From NCBI GenBank assembly GCA_002269645.1, contig NIVC01002420.1:62001-126000 (forward strand): DNA of 64,000 bases, read 5' to 3'. Numbering within the stretch: the stretch's first letter is position 1; each line of letters begins with the position of its first letter. The notes beneath the pieces are model-generated. The model was not told the DNA's origin. It did no database searches and worked only from the letters and a program-made list of their open reading frames with translations. The translations under genes and the position numbers were made by a program. Below, in pieces: positions 23,311 through 37,172 of this stretch. The stretch comes from Macrostomum lignano. Lineage: Eukaryota.

Positions 23311-26300
23311 TCAGACAGAGCCCTCAGGATAGATAATCCGAGGTGCCAGGCAGCTCCTGTCAGTTGGCTGTGGCGACGCGGGCATGGCCAAACTGCTGCC
23401 GCCTCCGCTGCTGCCAATCCCGCCGAGCTCGATGGATTCTGGCAGCGCGGACATCGGGCTGGGGAGCCCAATGCCTTGGCTGAGAAATGATGATTGCTGC
23501 TGCTGTTGATGCTGTTGCAGCTGTTGCTGGTGCAGATGATGATGCTGATGGTGCAGCAGCGGATGCAAGGCTTGCAGGTTGGACTGTCGAGACATGGAAG
23601 CGGCTGCAGCCGCCGCGGCGGAGGGGCAGAGAGCGCACGAGAGGTCCTCGTCTGAGCAGCCGCGTCCGCTGTCCGATCGATTGCCGTCGGCGCCGGGTCC
23701 GGCGGTGGCCGCGGCGGCACCGGATGAGGCCGAGGATCCGGTGGCGGTGCCCGAGGAGGCTGGGATCGCCTGGCGGTGCCTGTACAGACTGGCCATGTCT
23801 TGGACGATGAACGGCCTGCCGCCGCACTGGAAGGTTCAACGGATGATGACGATGCTTGGAATGAATTGAATTTGGAATTGTGGCGTCACTCATTTACAAC
23901 AAACGTGGTCTCTTTTCAAAGCTGAATATCAAATTACTTTGCACAAACTGATAAACATGCTACTGATAGCGACTGAAAGACCATGGGTTGTACTTTTTTA
24001 GTCATATAAAATCCCGTGTCGATTAACCTAGCTAGCAATAAAAAGTTAGGAGTAGTCTTGGCAGTTTGGAAATGAAGACAATATTTCATTTTTTGGATTC
24101 CTGTTGTGCAGAATTCTAAACTTCAAATCGTCCTCGTGCATCGTATTTGCGATGAATACTCACCCCCATAGTACTGCACAGGTGAGAATGATGCGAGCCA
24201 ACATCGCAACTGGCCTCTGTCAGCGGCGTCTCCTGCTCGTAATATCGTTGGTCCTCATCATCCGCGCCTTTTTTTCGGCCTCCAATGCTTGCGACGCCAC
24301 CGACACCCCTGCCGCCGTCCCGGCCACCTCTGCCGGCCCGGTAGGCGAGATCAAACAGGCCGCCAGTGCACGACCGATTTATGCAAGCGACGGCTAAGAT
24401 CAAAGCGACCGCCAATAGGGCCGATACTGAGGCCAGCGTGATTATAATGACGACGTTGCGTCGAGTGTGTCGCTCTGTCAGACTTGCCGCAGTCTCGTCC
24501 GACGCGATTGGCAAAGAGTTGTCAACGTCGATGTAGATCACCTGTTGAGAAATTAATTATAGACAAGAATTATAGACAAGCTATCTTCGCACATTTTGTT
24601 AGCAGACCATGCACAATCGTCAGAAGTTCGGTATTAAGCAACTTTATTTGCGTTGATGAAGTTATAGTGACCTATTTAGAGTTAGAGTCAGGGGGCTGTG
24701 TGCACATTGGCGCACTTAAATCGACATTGTCGCACGACTCCACTGGGCACACACTCAAACAGGAGTGCACAGCGGCCCTGACATTAGTTATCGTTAGGCA
24801 TGTGCACTTCACTGTGCCATGGGGGTTGGCCCTCAAGGATGTTCGCTGCACAAGAAGACCCAAGCCGAGCTTCAAATTTAGCGCCAAATCAATGTGACTG
24901 CACTTGGAATCGAGCCTGGGTCGCTGGCACACCAGAGCCTGCGCTAGACCGCTGGGCTACGGCCCCTCTCCCTGGGTGACTGCTCCCCAAGGGCGATGGG
25001 AAAAAATGTCTATGGTCAAATCCTTCCATATAGATACGGGTACAGGAAATCCAATAAAATATGTAAATTTCTAGTATAGCTTTGTTTCGGTTCTTTACAT
25101 TAAGCACGTAATCCAGTGACAAGCTTATGAATCCAAGGTGTAAAATAGGTGCTCTCTCTTATCATTGGCTGCTGCCAGCAACAACGGCCGCACTTCCCTA
25201 ACCCCTAGGAAGCAGCACCTAAGATATAGAAAATCTGAAACTCTCAGGACACTATTTTTTCTAAACCTTACTCACGATCTCGGGACACTCTGGTGCAATG
25301 CCTTCGGCGACATCGTACCACAACCAGCGCTGAGGGAATTCTGCCCATTCCGCTGACTCCTGAGCACATGCAACCGCGCCAGTACTGTTTGCAGGCACGA
25401 TTCTCAGGCATAGTGTACAGGCATGTACACTCTCTGTGCCTTGGGCGACTGGTCGTCACGGGTGCGAATCGCACGACAAACCCCACGGCCAATTCAATGC
25501 AAAAAATCGAACCAGCGGTCGAGAGTCAGACGTTTTAACCTCCATGTTGTCTGTCGTCTCTCCTATTCCCGCTGATTTTAATGCTCAATAGCTCACCCTG
25601 ATATCGCTCCAGGTGTGTCGTCCACCGCCAACCACTTTGGCTATGACGGTATGCCTTCTCAGGTCCACAATGCCCAGTTCCCCGGCTACCCGAATGTCTC
25701 CGCTGCTCGAATCGATGCTGAACCTGGGCGGAAACGTCTCCGGCGCGATCAACTTGTACACCATGCGAGCATTCGCACCGACATCCGGGTCAAAGGCGCG
25801 CACTCGAATTACTAGCGCATTCTTCGGATGCGTGTAGATGCTGATGCGCACCGAGGTGCCATTTTCGGCTGGCAAAGAAATCCTTGGCGGCTCGTCGTCC
25901 TCGTCAATGATCGTCACGACGACTTCCGCGTCAGTGTGTCGGGCCAGGCCGCCGGGTCCTTGGTCGGTGGCGCGGACGCGAAGCCGATGCTTGGGGCACT
26001 CCTCGCGATCGAAGCTCACTAGCGTGTAGAGAGATCCGTCCTGGTCCAAGCGAAAGCTGGACGCTGTCGGACTCGACAGTAAAGTGAAGGTCACTTGAGC
26101 GTTTTCACCTGTGTTTTTGGCAGGTTGAGAATAAGGAGTCTGATATATTAGTCTGTACTCTTTGACATCTGATACGCTTGCTTTATTGCATGCGCTAATT
26201 CGAGCAATGTACTCCTACAGTACAGGACAGTACTTGAAGTCTACTTAACATTCTTACGTGCAGAAATCAAATTTTAGAGTTTCTTGAGACATAAATCTAT

Positions 26301-29300
26301 AAACTCACATGAATATCATTTGATTGTTTCTATTTGTCCCATTTGAGACAAACTAATCGAAGGATGAAGAAAAAATAAAGATTTGTTGATGGTTTATTGT
26401 CATAACAGCTTTTTTGCCTGACACGCAAAAATTTCAGAAAAATTTCTGATTTGTCCACCAAGAGACAGGGACACCCACCAAGAGACAGGGACACCCACCA
26501 AGAGACAGGGACACCCACCAAGAGACAGGGACACCCACCAAGAGACAGGGACACCCACCAAGAGACAGGGACGCCCACCAAGAGACAGGAGAACCCACTA
26601 CTAAGAGACAGAAGGGCCCACCAAGAGATAGGGACACCCACCAAAAAGACAGGGACACCCACCAAGAGACAAGATACTAAATGTTGGCGTTCCTTAGGTT
26701 TGCAACCCCTCCAATTTAAATTCCTTAGGTAGGCGGTCTTCAGTCTTGAAGTTAAACCCTGATAAAACACAAAGGTTCATGATTGTCTTTGCGATTTTTT
26801 CTATTTTTGCTCCCTAAAAAGCCTTTAAAAATCAGTATGCTCATGCAAGCTACTAAATTACTCGTAAAAGTAGCGTGAAGGAGCTTTGCTATCCGAACAT
26901 GAATGAACAACAATGAACAGCATTAGAATATTTTGTGCCCAACTCATCGTCCCCAGCTCTCAGCCGTCTGTTCCCACCATAGAAAGTTTAGAATAGCGCA
27001 GCTGAAACTCACCCAAATCAGCGTCTCTCGCCGTCAATTGGCCCAGCTGTATCAACGCTTCGCTATTCTCTACAATAGAAAAGTGTCGAGCTCCGTAAAA
27101 CTCCGGCGCATGATCGTTAGTGTCCAGTATCGACACCTTCACTGTGGCGGTCGTCGACATTGCCGGATTTCCGGCGTCAGCCGCCTCAACCAGCAGCTCG
27201 TATTTGTCGACGGACTCTCTATCCAGCAGGCTGGTGGTGGTCAAGCGGCCTGACGTCGGGTCCACCGCGAATGGCACCTCCGAGGAGCTGCTAATTAGGC
27301 GATAGGTAATCCGGGCATTCTCTCCTTTGTCTGCGTCCGTCGCCTTTACATTGACGACTTCAACGCCTGGTCGACGATTTTCTTCCACTTGAGCAGCGAT
27401 GCAACCGTAGTGATCCGCGTCTTTGAATACGGGAGCATTGTCGTTGATATCTGTCACCTGAACGAGCGCCGTGTAGGTGCTTGTCAGGCTCGGATCTCCG
27501 GCGTCCCAGCAGGTCAGAGTACCGGTGACGCTCGGCTCGACCTCTCGGTCTATGGCTCTTTGAATCGCTATTTTGTAAACACCTGAAAATTCTACACTAG
27601 TAAATTGCAGAGCTGCTTGCTCTGAGTTGGCCGCACCGCGACAGGTCCACTGACCTCCGGGGCCAGTGTCTGGGTCCGACACGGAGACGAATCTCGGCGA
27701 AGCATCGCCGGGCAGTTCGTTCTCAGTTACGTAAAACGGCTTCGTGTCCGACTCTCGGTACCTGGGCGGGTTGTCGTTGCGGTCCAGCACTCTCAGGTGC
27801 ACGGGCGCAGTGTCGTCAAAGTTACCATCGAATACGCGAACGGAGAACCGAAGTTCGTTTATTTTCTCATAGTCAAGAGGCTCCTCAGTCGTCAGCAGGC
27901 CGCCGTCGTCAGTTACGCGCAGGTGGCGACGTACATCCTCGGATGCTTCGGTCGGATCGAGACTGTAGCTGAGATTGTAGTGCAGGTCAAGATCGTCGGC
28001 TGTGAGCTGTGGATATTCATAAGCAAAGTTTTCTATTGGATTTTCTCGTGTGTTTAGAAAAGAAAAAAGGCATTGTTGCGGCACACTCACTCTCGGCCTA
28101 ATCTATTCGCAGAAACGGCAGCATTTAAGACTGCAATAATTTCATTCATTAATTTCGTCCGGTGCGCTATAGATCATACTGGCTAGCGGGGTAGCTGATA
28201 GCCATAAGCCTCTGCTAATTTAACCACCTCCCAATGATTGATCGATGATAACTGAGGATTTAGCTACCTGGCTCTCATTGTTTGCGATATATCCCATTCC
28301 TATCTCTCCAAATTGCCAATTATCGCTCCGCCAGATCTTCCGTTCTGTTCCCCAATGCAAGTCTTCATCTCTTTTCGTCTCTCCTCATCTCAAAAACTGC
28401 TGAGTGTAGAATCGATTTTTTAGTGGCGGTGAGACAGAGAGCTATTGGACTAGCTCTTCGCAATTATGTTTTCCGTGCCTGATTGGCTGACTCGCGAAAT
28501 TATATTATTATATTAGACTAGAGGAAGGACGTGGCAGAAGAGGCTAGTTGATAAAAAAACTTAACTACTATATAAGGCGACTTATGGTGGCCGGTCTTAC
28601 TGATGATGTTTTGACTTCCACATATGAGACCAGCTTGGGCTAGCCGACACGCGAGCAAGCCTCAGAGCCCAGAGCCCAAATGGCACGACGAAGGATGGAA
28701 AGGGCCGGACTGAGAGAGATTTTAGAAGTTTGCGAGACGTGAATTCCGACTGGTATAACCCACCCCGGCTCCACTGCCGCCGGCTAGCTGAGGGCAAGCA
28801 CTGGACTGAGTTGGACCAACTGACTGGCTGATGATGTAGAACGCGTCGGGGGAGACTGGGATTGCTCCATCTTGCCTGTCTAACGGTAGAAAAATATAAC
28901 TTTAACCGGCCTGCCTTCCACCGGGGCCTACCAAACTGTAGTTCAACTGACCCCCTTACTCCCCAACCCACCTACGCCTCGCTCCCAGCAGTGGAGCGCC
29001 ATTGTGGAAACTGTCTCGGTAGCTTCTGTCAAAACCGCCCCGGCCCTCACCGTCCTGCCCACCTCACCTGCATTTCCAACTGGCTGCAGAGAGGGGTGCA
29101 GCGGGGAGTAAAGGACTTCTAGGCGGCTACTGGTGGGAAACAACGCTGAAAAAATAATTATTTTGCCAAGCCGGGGATGAGAAGCGCGCCCAACCAAGGC
29201 CTCTCCGGCTGCAAGTTGTGCGTGTTTGGCGACTGCAGCTTTTTTGGAGGAGGCCAGCCTTGTTTATAGCTACCTACCTTTAGCGGTGTGGCATAACGCC

Positions 29301-32066
29301 GCCCTGAGCTGCTGCTCTATTTGGTATTCAGGACGGGAGAAAATGGAGAGATGAAAGAGGTAAGGCAGAAAAGGTACGCGACTATTCAGCAAGGAATCAT
29401 CTCTCACATGCGGGGGTGACACTATGGAATGGAGATGTAGGAAGAATCGGTGCTGAGGAATCTGTGCTAGTCAAACTACTGGCATGGTAAACCGCGCCAT
29501 ACACCGCCGGGGTTCGCTTCTCGCTCGTTTTCATTCACGTCAAAACAGCCTCAAGGGCGAACGGATGATTGATGAGCTGTCTGCATCAGCTCTCATTCTA
29601 GTTGGGACTGAATTGTGTGTCGGAATGAAGTTAAGCCTTTCTTTGGCTCTCAGACGTTTCTGTTAACCATTCAGTGCGTCAATATTGAATTTCCCGTAAA
29701 TTACTTAGCCAAATGTGCCTTCCTCAGTTAAATCTACGGGGGCATGTCAAATCTTTGGCAGCTGTTTGCAGAAACTTACGAAGTACTTTACCTATGACCT
29801 AAAAATCTACTATTACACCTGTACCTCCCTATGTGTAGGAGCGAACAAAGACTTAAATTACTAAACAGAGGAGGCAGAGTAGTCCCACGGTAACCACCGC
29901 TTTGATATCCAAAGCCCCTCCCCTAAGAATGTAAATGAATATTTAATAGTCGCTACTGGCTCCGCTGACTCCTCTGGCGCGCGCAGATATTGTATTCAGG
30001 CACGCACGCGTACACACGATCACACAGGGTGTACACTGGCCCTGGTTTTCTAATCGGTAGGCATGCACACTCTCTGATGATGTCTAAGCGCTGCTGGCTT
30101 TTGTGGGTGTGAATTAAATAGTTGTGGTCGCACAAGGAATCGAACTGGGGCTCGTGGCATGATGGAGTCAGAGCAGCCCTCTGCCCTCTCCCTAAAGCCC
30201 CTATAAAATATTCAACTGTATGAGAATCATGATCTTTTATCTTTCTAGATCAGGAAGTCTTATAGCGTTGTGACAACATATCTTTCTTTTGGTCTTCCTA
30301 CATACGGAAAATGCAGCTATCTCAAGTTTAAATAGTTTTGACACAATAACTATTGCTTAGAAGCTCATCATTCTTACCTAGCCTCACGCAGCTTCACTCA
30401 GGGCTGTCCAAAACTGACCCAGTGAGTTTTAAACCGGAATCCCCAGCATCAGTTTGGTAAATCCTTGATGCATCACTGCCAAATGCATGCGCAGCAATAT
30501 TTCTGGCTAGGATTATTGAAGGGATTTAGCGATTCTGGAGTTCTCGTATTTTTATTATTCGCAGAATAATCTCTTGGGCTTGAGCACGGGGGTATTGATT
30601 TAAATGAGAAAAAACTCAAACACTTTATTACAACTCGCTTTCGTACGCCTGTACTCATCCTTGGGATGGCAATTTCATTCTGCTTTAAACAGCAGCTTTT
30701 AGTCGAGAGCTCAGAACAATCAAAACATTACCTGCTCTGCTTCTGGCGTGATGGATAAAGTGAAGTGGACTCGTTTCTCCTCTTTGGGAATAGATGACAG
30801 TCTTGTGCAGGCTGTAGACTAAGCACCTGGTTATTGCTAGCGCACTTTCCATTGACTCAAGGGATTTTTTTCTGGGAAACAATTTGGCTTTTCTTTTGTT
30901 TGGGAAAATCCTTTGCTATCGGAGGCTTCCTACCTGCGCGGGAAGAATTTCTTAGATCTGAGCTGGTAGCTCAAAGCATAAAAGAATTGCATGTAGAACA
31001 AATAAAAATGTTTTATTAAGGAATCTTTTAATTATTAAATAGAAATGTTTTTTGACAGGAAGGAAGGTTGGAGATCAAAAGAAGATTAAGAATCGATCAT
31101 CAAAGCCGCTTTGAATACAAATTTGATTTGCAGTCTTACCTGCAAGATCAGTGTGCCATTGGGTTGATTCTCCGGTACGGAGACATTGTAGAATTTATTC
31201 CTGAACCTTGGACTGTTATCGTTGACGTCTTTGATGGTAAGCCGGACGCGCGCCCGACCTTCCCGGCCGGGTCCGTCCCGAGCCAGCAGGTCGAACTGGT
31301 AGTATTGACGAGTTTCAGCGTCCAAGCCTTTCTGAATGAACAGATAAGGTTTGTCGATGTTGTCGGTTTTCAGAGTGAAGGTCGCCGCTGTCTCCTTGCT
31401 CAAACTGGCCGGATCGAAGCTGTAGCTGATGCTGCGAAACTCCTCAGAGAAGTCCCCGTCCGTGGCTACTGGCAGAGAAATTTTTCTAGACGAGCACGGC
31501 ATCGGTACTACAAAACAGATCGACTCGTCGCACCCGATATCGAAGTACTCCCCGTCAATGCTGGGAAACTCTGGCGCGTGGTCGTTCCAATCGGTGACGT
31601 TTAAAGTGAACTGTAGCCGAGCAATTATTGGTTGGCGAATTTTCCGACGGTCGGCGACGTGTGGACGAACTAGAACAGCGAATTTGTGTCGGCCGACGCC
31701 GTGCAGGCAGTTGAACGCCCTGACGCACAGCTGTTCAAGATCGATCTTTGTGTGCAACCGAAGCCGACCTGTGCTTGCATCGACGTCCACATACGGATCC
31801 TGCTCGGCCATGGAATACTCGGCTCTTGCCGTCGTGGATGGCTCGACGCTTTCGGAGGAATCAACGGCTAGAAGTCTGGACAGGCGGCCCGTCAGTCCAG
31901 TGAGATCCTGGGCAACGCCTAAGTCTAGCGGAGCGGTCTCTTCTTGAACTGTCAGACTGGCTGATAGAACTGTCAGGCTGGCGTGAACGTTGGTAGGGAT
32001 TTTACAGGTGATAAAAGCCGCTAGGAGAAGCAGCGACGAAAGTTTCAAGTAGCTCAGGTGCGGCAT
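23311..32066 (-). CDS. Non-clustered delta-type protocadherin (~1108 aa, 7 cadherin repeats); exons 31140-32066, 27013-28006, 25597-26108, 24164-24541, 23311-23826
   Basis: GT-AG introns with consistent phases (0, 1, 0, 0); total 3327 nt. Signal peptide MPHLSYLKLSSLLLLAAF; DxNDNxP-type linkers (DWNDHAP, DVNDNSP, DRNDNPP, DINDNAP, DTNDHAP, DEDDEPP); TM VVIIITLASVSALLAVALILAVAC; cytoplasmic SDSGRGCSDED resembling the delta-protocadherin CM1 motif. Confidence 0.9.
24690..24960 (-). mobile_element. tRNA-derived SINE-like repeat, best-preserved head
   Basis: Minus strand starts gtagcccagcggtctagcgcaggctctgg...ccaggctcgattcc (A-box- and B-box-like), followed by the family core catgcctaacgat...cagggccgctgtgcac. 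Confidence 0.72.
25343..25540 (-). mobile_element. SINE-like repeat, variant body
   Basis: B-box-like ggttcgatt, core gtgtacatgcct and 3' tail ggagtcagcggaatgggcag shared with the 8843 copy. Confidence 0.6.
26456..26670. repeat. 20-bp minisatellite (agagacagggacacccacca)n
   Basis: Directly visible tandem units. Confidence 0.93.
29950..30175 (-). mobile_element. SINE-like repeat
   Basis: B-box-like agttcgattcc, core catgcctaccgattagaaaaccagggccagtgtacaccctgtgtg, and tail ggagtcagcggag. Confidence 0.62.
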
Positions 32067-32141
32067 TTGGCTTCTTTCTTCTTTGAGCTGCAATTTGACG
32101 TTGTCGAGGGGATGGGGTTGCGTCAGAATGATGTAACAATT

Positions 32142-32335
32142 AGACCTGCAGGATGTGTCTGATGAGCCTAAATGATGATACACTTAGACCTGCATGATGT
32201 GTCTGATGCGCCTAAATGATGATACACTTAGACCTGCATGATGTGTCTGATGCGCCTAAATGATGATACACTTAGACCTGCAGGATGTGTCTGATGTGCC
32301 TAAATGATGTTACATTTAGACCTGCATGATGTGTG
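32142..32335. repeat. 44-bp tandem repeat (ttagacctgcatgatgtgtctgatgcgcctaaatgatgatacac), ~4.5 copies
   Basis: Directly visible, just upstream of the protocadherin acceptor at 32088-89. Confidence 0.9.
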
Positions 32336-33939
32336 ATGACTCAGCTGTGTCTGAAATTTTCACTACCGCCTTTATCTAATAGACTAATTTTCAGAACAAA
32401 CAGAAAAGTCTCAATTCAGTAAAATAATCTGGCATAGTTTCCAAGAAATCCAGCTTCCCATAATAATACACAGACAGGTAAAGAGCAGGCTGTACTCAGA
32501 GTAGGTCCGAATCGATTTTACCTCGACCAGCCTCAAGCAAAATCCCGTTGGAAGGAGCTTAAAAACTAGAGAAGAAAAAAAATTAGTCAACAAAAATATG
32601 CATGTTCCAATACGCCTAGACTGAGGGAAGGATAAGTTTCACCAAATCCCCGAGTTGTCCCGTCTCCATTTCCTGATTGGTTTGTCGAGCAGCGAACGAT
32701 TTCTAGGAAACTGTAGACTTGAACCGAAGAAGCCCGTAGTACTGGAGAGCGGACAGACTCAAAGCTATATTTCCCCTAATAGTGATATCCATCTGCCGCA
32801 CTAGGGTGGCACAACAAAGAATGCAAAATTAGGGAGTGAAGCTGGTTGGGGCGTTGTGTTGGTGACATATTGCTATCCAAATATTGCTCATTATTCGAAG
32901 CGCGTAAATTTGCTCAGAACCGGCTCATTCATCATCTACACGCCAGCAGTGAGCATATGTTCCCTGGGGAGTTGGGACTGGTGGTTTTTTGTGGCTGTAG
33001 GAATCCTACTGACTGACTACCATTGCCCATCGAAACAGCATCTAGGCTCCTCTCCAAAGCTTCATCAAGCTGCAGGCATCGAGGCAGCGCTGTATCGAAA
33101 TAGAAATTTATGCCCGCCAAGCAAATATTCGGCGTTCCATCGCCGCTACAATTGCTTCATCATGCCCGCTAGGGAGCTCGGGGAGTTTTTTTCAATTTCG
33201 CCAGCAAGACGCCATTTCTGGACGACACTTTCAAGTGGCGGTGCCTCATGCTGCCACTTTTGTTAGCAGAAGTTGATGCTAGCAGCGGAGGTTGTGGGTG
33301 AAGCCCCTATAGTTTTGGTCTTACTTTGATCTGAAAATCTAAAACATTTGTGTCGTTTTTTTCCAGTATCGTTTCTTTTCGATGGACAATTGAGGCTGCA
33401 AAATGTTTCTTTGATGTCGAAACTTGTGCAGGCGCAATTCCCAATGAAGTTACACGAAAATATTTCATGTGAAGACTCATAGAAGAATCACTTCAAAAAA
33501 GTAGTGCTTCGAACGCTATTAAAGTTACTGAACTCGAAAAAAGGGGAAAATGTAGCAATCCACTGATTGCGTCTTGAGTGGCATTATGCACCCGTCTACA
33601 AGTGCCAACTCGAGCTTCGAACGAATACTGTTTTTTCAATGCTTTCTCAATGCTTCAAACGGGTGCTTGAGGGGGGGGGGTATTTAAACTAGCCAACTAA
33701 TCTGCATAGTGTATTTATTAGAATATTACTCACTCTAGTATAATACCTGTCTACTGCACTCTCTTGACCTTCACGATTGCCCTATGCAATCAAGAAAACT
33801 GACTTCTTGGAGTGACTATTTGCGGAGCTCCGTTTGTAGAATGATGTGGTTTGCGTACTTTGGGATGGATATCCCTACTATAGATTAGACTTAGAGTAAT
33901 TGAGACAATTAGTTGACACAGTAAAGGTAAGATGGAGAG

Positions 33940-34240
33940 CATGAGGCATGGAGATTAGAGAAGGGATGAGAGGGATACCATTAGAGGGAGAGGGACAAGG
34001 GACAAGAAGGATATCATGAAAGAGGGAGATTAAAGAAGGGACGAGAGGTTAGAACATGAGACTGGGAGATTAGAGAAGGGACGAGAGAGAGAAAATGAGA
34101 CAGGAGATTGATGGGCCGAGAGAGAGAGAAAATGAGACAGGATATTAGAGAAGGGACGAGAGGGAGAGCATGAGACTGGGAGATTAGAGAAGGGACGAGA
34201 GGGAGAGCATGAGACAGGAGATTAGAGAAGGGACGAGAGG
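33940..34240. repeat. Degenerate GA-rich ~38-bp minisatellite
   Basis: Recurrent ggagattagagaagggacgagagggagagcatgagac units. Confidence 0.8.
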
Positions 34241-34387
34241 GATTTTAAAACTGCCCTGGTTAGAGACAAAAATAGAAACACGATAAACTAATCTCCCTTC
34301 TCAACTCCCTCACCAAATGCAAAGTATTGGTAATCTTACTCTTAGAGTACAAGTGGCTGTTTATCAGTCAGTTCCCAATTCGCTTAC

Positions 34388-34725
34388 CGGTCAGATTATT
34401 CGTATAGAATTAAATCGAACTGAGTCGAGCTTTAGAGAAGAGCAAGCGTCGATCTCTCCAGATGTCAGATGTAAGAACTGTCGCCCGGAGCCACGTGCTC
34501 AAACTCTTGTTCGACTCTCTTGGCGGCTCTTAGTCAGGTTAGGATAGAAGAGGGAGAGAAGCTGAGGGGAGAGGGGAGCAATGGAGAGATAAAAGAGTGA
34601 ATGGATAGAAATCAGCTCCAGAAGCCATTGACTCAGGCCGTCTGAGAGCAAAGGAGAAGCTGCGTCCAGCTTTGACCGTTTGATTGCTCATTCCTATTGG
34701 CTGGTACCTGTTTGACCAATCAGAT
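34388..34725 (-). promoter_or_regulatory. Candidate promoter and non-coding first exon of the protocadherin
   Basis: Opposed CCAAT boxes around 34696-34713, followed on the minus strand by a stop-containing stretch that ends in a consensus donor CCG|gtaagc at 34387. An unpaired acceptor lies at 32088-89, before the ATG. Confidence 0.35.
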
Positions 34726-34956
34726 GCATTCTTTAGCCTGGATAGCGGCTGGATACGGTTTTTTGCGATTGAGATTCAATGCGTTCTGTTCTTGTCTGTT
34801 TTATTGTTTATTAATTAGTCCATTGATATGTTGTCTGTCTTTGTGTCTCCGTGTCTTCGTGTGTTTGTGTCTTAGTATAAGTGTCTTGTGTGTCTTAGTG
34901 CCTTAGAGTCTCCGTCTGTGCTTGTGTCTTAGTGCCACTGAGACAGACAGTGGCTG

Positions 34957-35825
<869 letters not shown>

Positions 35826-36289
35826 CGCGTCCTGATGCACTCAGTTGATATCCCCAGAAGCCAGAAGTCCCAAATATTTACCGCATTTAATGCCGGGCAG
35901 CCGCCATTTCCATCATCAAAGTGGCATCAAATTTCCGCAGCAGCGTTGGCTATGCTGGTTTTTCTTCCACGGTTTCTGTTGAGCCCACACTGTAGTGGCC
36001 ATAAAACAGCCAGCGGATGCTCATATTTCACACGGCGTTTGAAATTGAAATTACACAAAATTATTATAGACCTGCGATGCTCAAATTTTAGAGAGTACGA
36101 GCTAGAAAGCGAGTAAAAAGTAGAGAAAATCGCAATGAGATTTTTTTATCCATCATAAGGCAAAAAGTTAATGAATCTTAGTGATGCAGTTAGAAATTTG
36201 GTTCATAAGATAAGAGATAGTAGAGAGAAAATGAAGTAGAGAGGAGAGAACACAGGGGGAATAGTGTAGATGTGAGAGGGGGAAAATAT

Positions 36290-36935
36290 AGGGAAGAGAG
36301 GAGAGGAGAGAGGAGAGAGGACAGAGGAGAGTGGAGAGGAGAGAGGAGAGGAGAGAGGAGAGAGGACAGAGGAGAGTGGAGAGGAGAGAGGAGAGGAGAG
36401 AGTAGAGGAGAGAGGAGTGGAGGGAGGAGAGGAGAAAGGAGAGAGGAGAGAGGAGAGTGGAGAGAGGAGAGAGGAGAGTGGATAGAGGAGAGAGGAGAGT
36501 GGAGAGGAGAGAGGAGAGAGGAGAATGGATAGAGGAGAGAGGAGAGAGGACAGTGGAGAGAGAAGAGAGGAGAGTGGAGAGGAGAGAGGAAAGTGGAGAG
36601 TGGATAGAGGAGAGAGGAGAGAGGAGAGTGGAGAGAGAAGAGAGGAGAGTGGAGAGGAGAGAGGAGAGAGGAGAGAGGAGAGTGGATAGAGGAGAGAGGA
36701 GAGAGGAGAGTGGAGAGAGGTGAGAGGAGAGTGGAGAGAGGAGAGAGGAGAGTGGAGAGGAGAGAGGAGAGAGGAGAGTGGAGAGAGGAGAGAGGAGAGT
36801 GGATAGAGGAGAGAGGAGAGAGGAGAGTGGAGAGAGGAGAGAGGAGAGTGGAGAGAGGAGAGTGGAGAGGAGAGAGGAGAGAGAGAGAGAGAGAGAGAGG
36901 AGAGTGGAGAGGAGAGAGGAGAGAGGAGAGAGAAG
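36290..36935. repeat. (GGAGA)n-type purine-rich microsatellite
   Basis: Directly visible. Confidence 0.95.
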
Positions 36936-37132
36936 AGCAGAAATAGTTAAGGCCTCGACGTGACAGGCGTGCTGGCAGCATCAAATCCATAATTGATAAT
37001 CGACATGCAGAGGTCTCACATCGTCCTTCCCAATGCACAGCAGCATCAGCAGCAGCAGCTGTAACAATCGCCTTGCCCGCCAATCTCCGCACTCAGTGAC
37101 TGACCAACCCAAAATTATTTTATTTTCTAATA

Positions 37133-37172
37133 GCTAAACCCACAGATACTATATAGTATCTGTGGCTAAACC
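37133..37172. mobile_element. 24-bp perfect palindrome flanked by 8-bp direct repeats (mini-MITE or transposon footprint)
   Basis: gctaaacc-cacagatactatatagtatctgtg-gctaaacc. Confidence 0.6.

Noticed and set aside
23241-23893. Multiple overlapping ORFs as separate genes
   Set aside because: They are shadow frames of the GC-rich last protocadherin exon.
26180-26200. ttattgcatg resembling the 3' end of a flatworm spliced leader
   Set aside because: Only about 10 nt match, with no following donor or Sm-site structure.
28560-29200. GC-rich block with ORFs 28597-28971 and 28862-29122
   Set aside because: No recognisable domain and no phase-compatible fit into the protocadherin; left unassigned.
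30400-30700. hAT-like terminus cagggctgtccaaaa
   Set aside because: No matching opposite end, TSD or convincing transposase motif was found.
32155-32180. ctgatgag hammerhead-like core (also ctgatga at about 28601, 28829 and 30075)
   Set aside because: No downstream stem II followed by GAAA.
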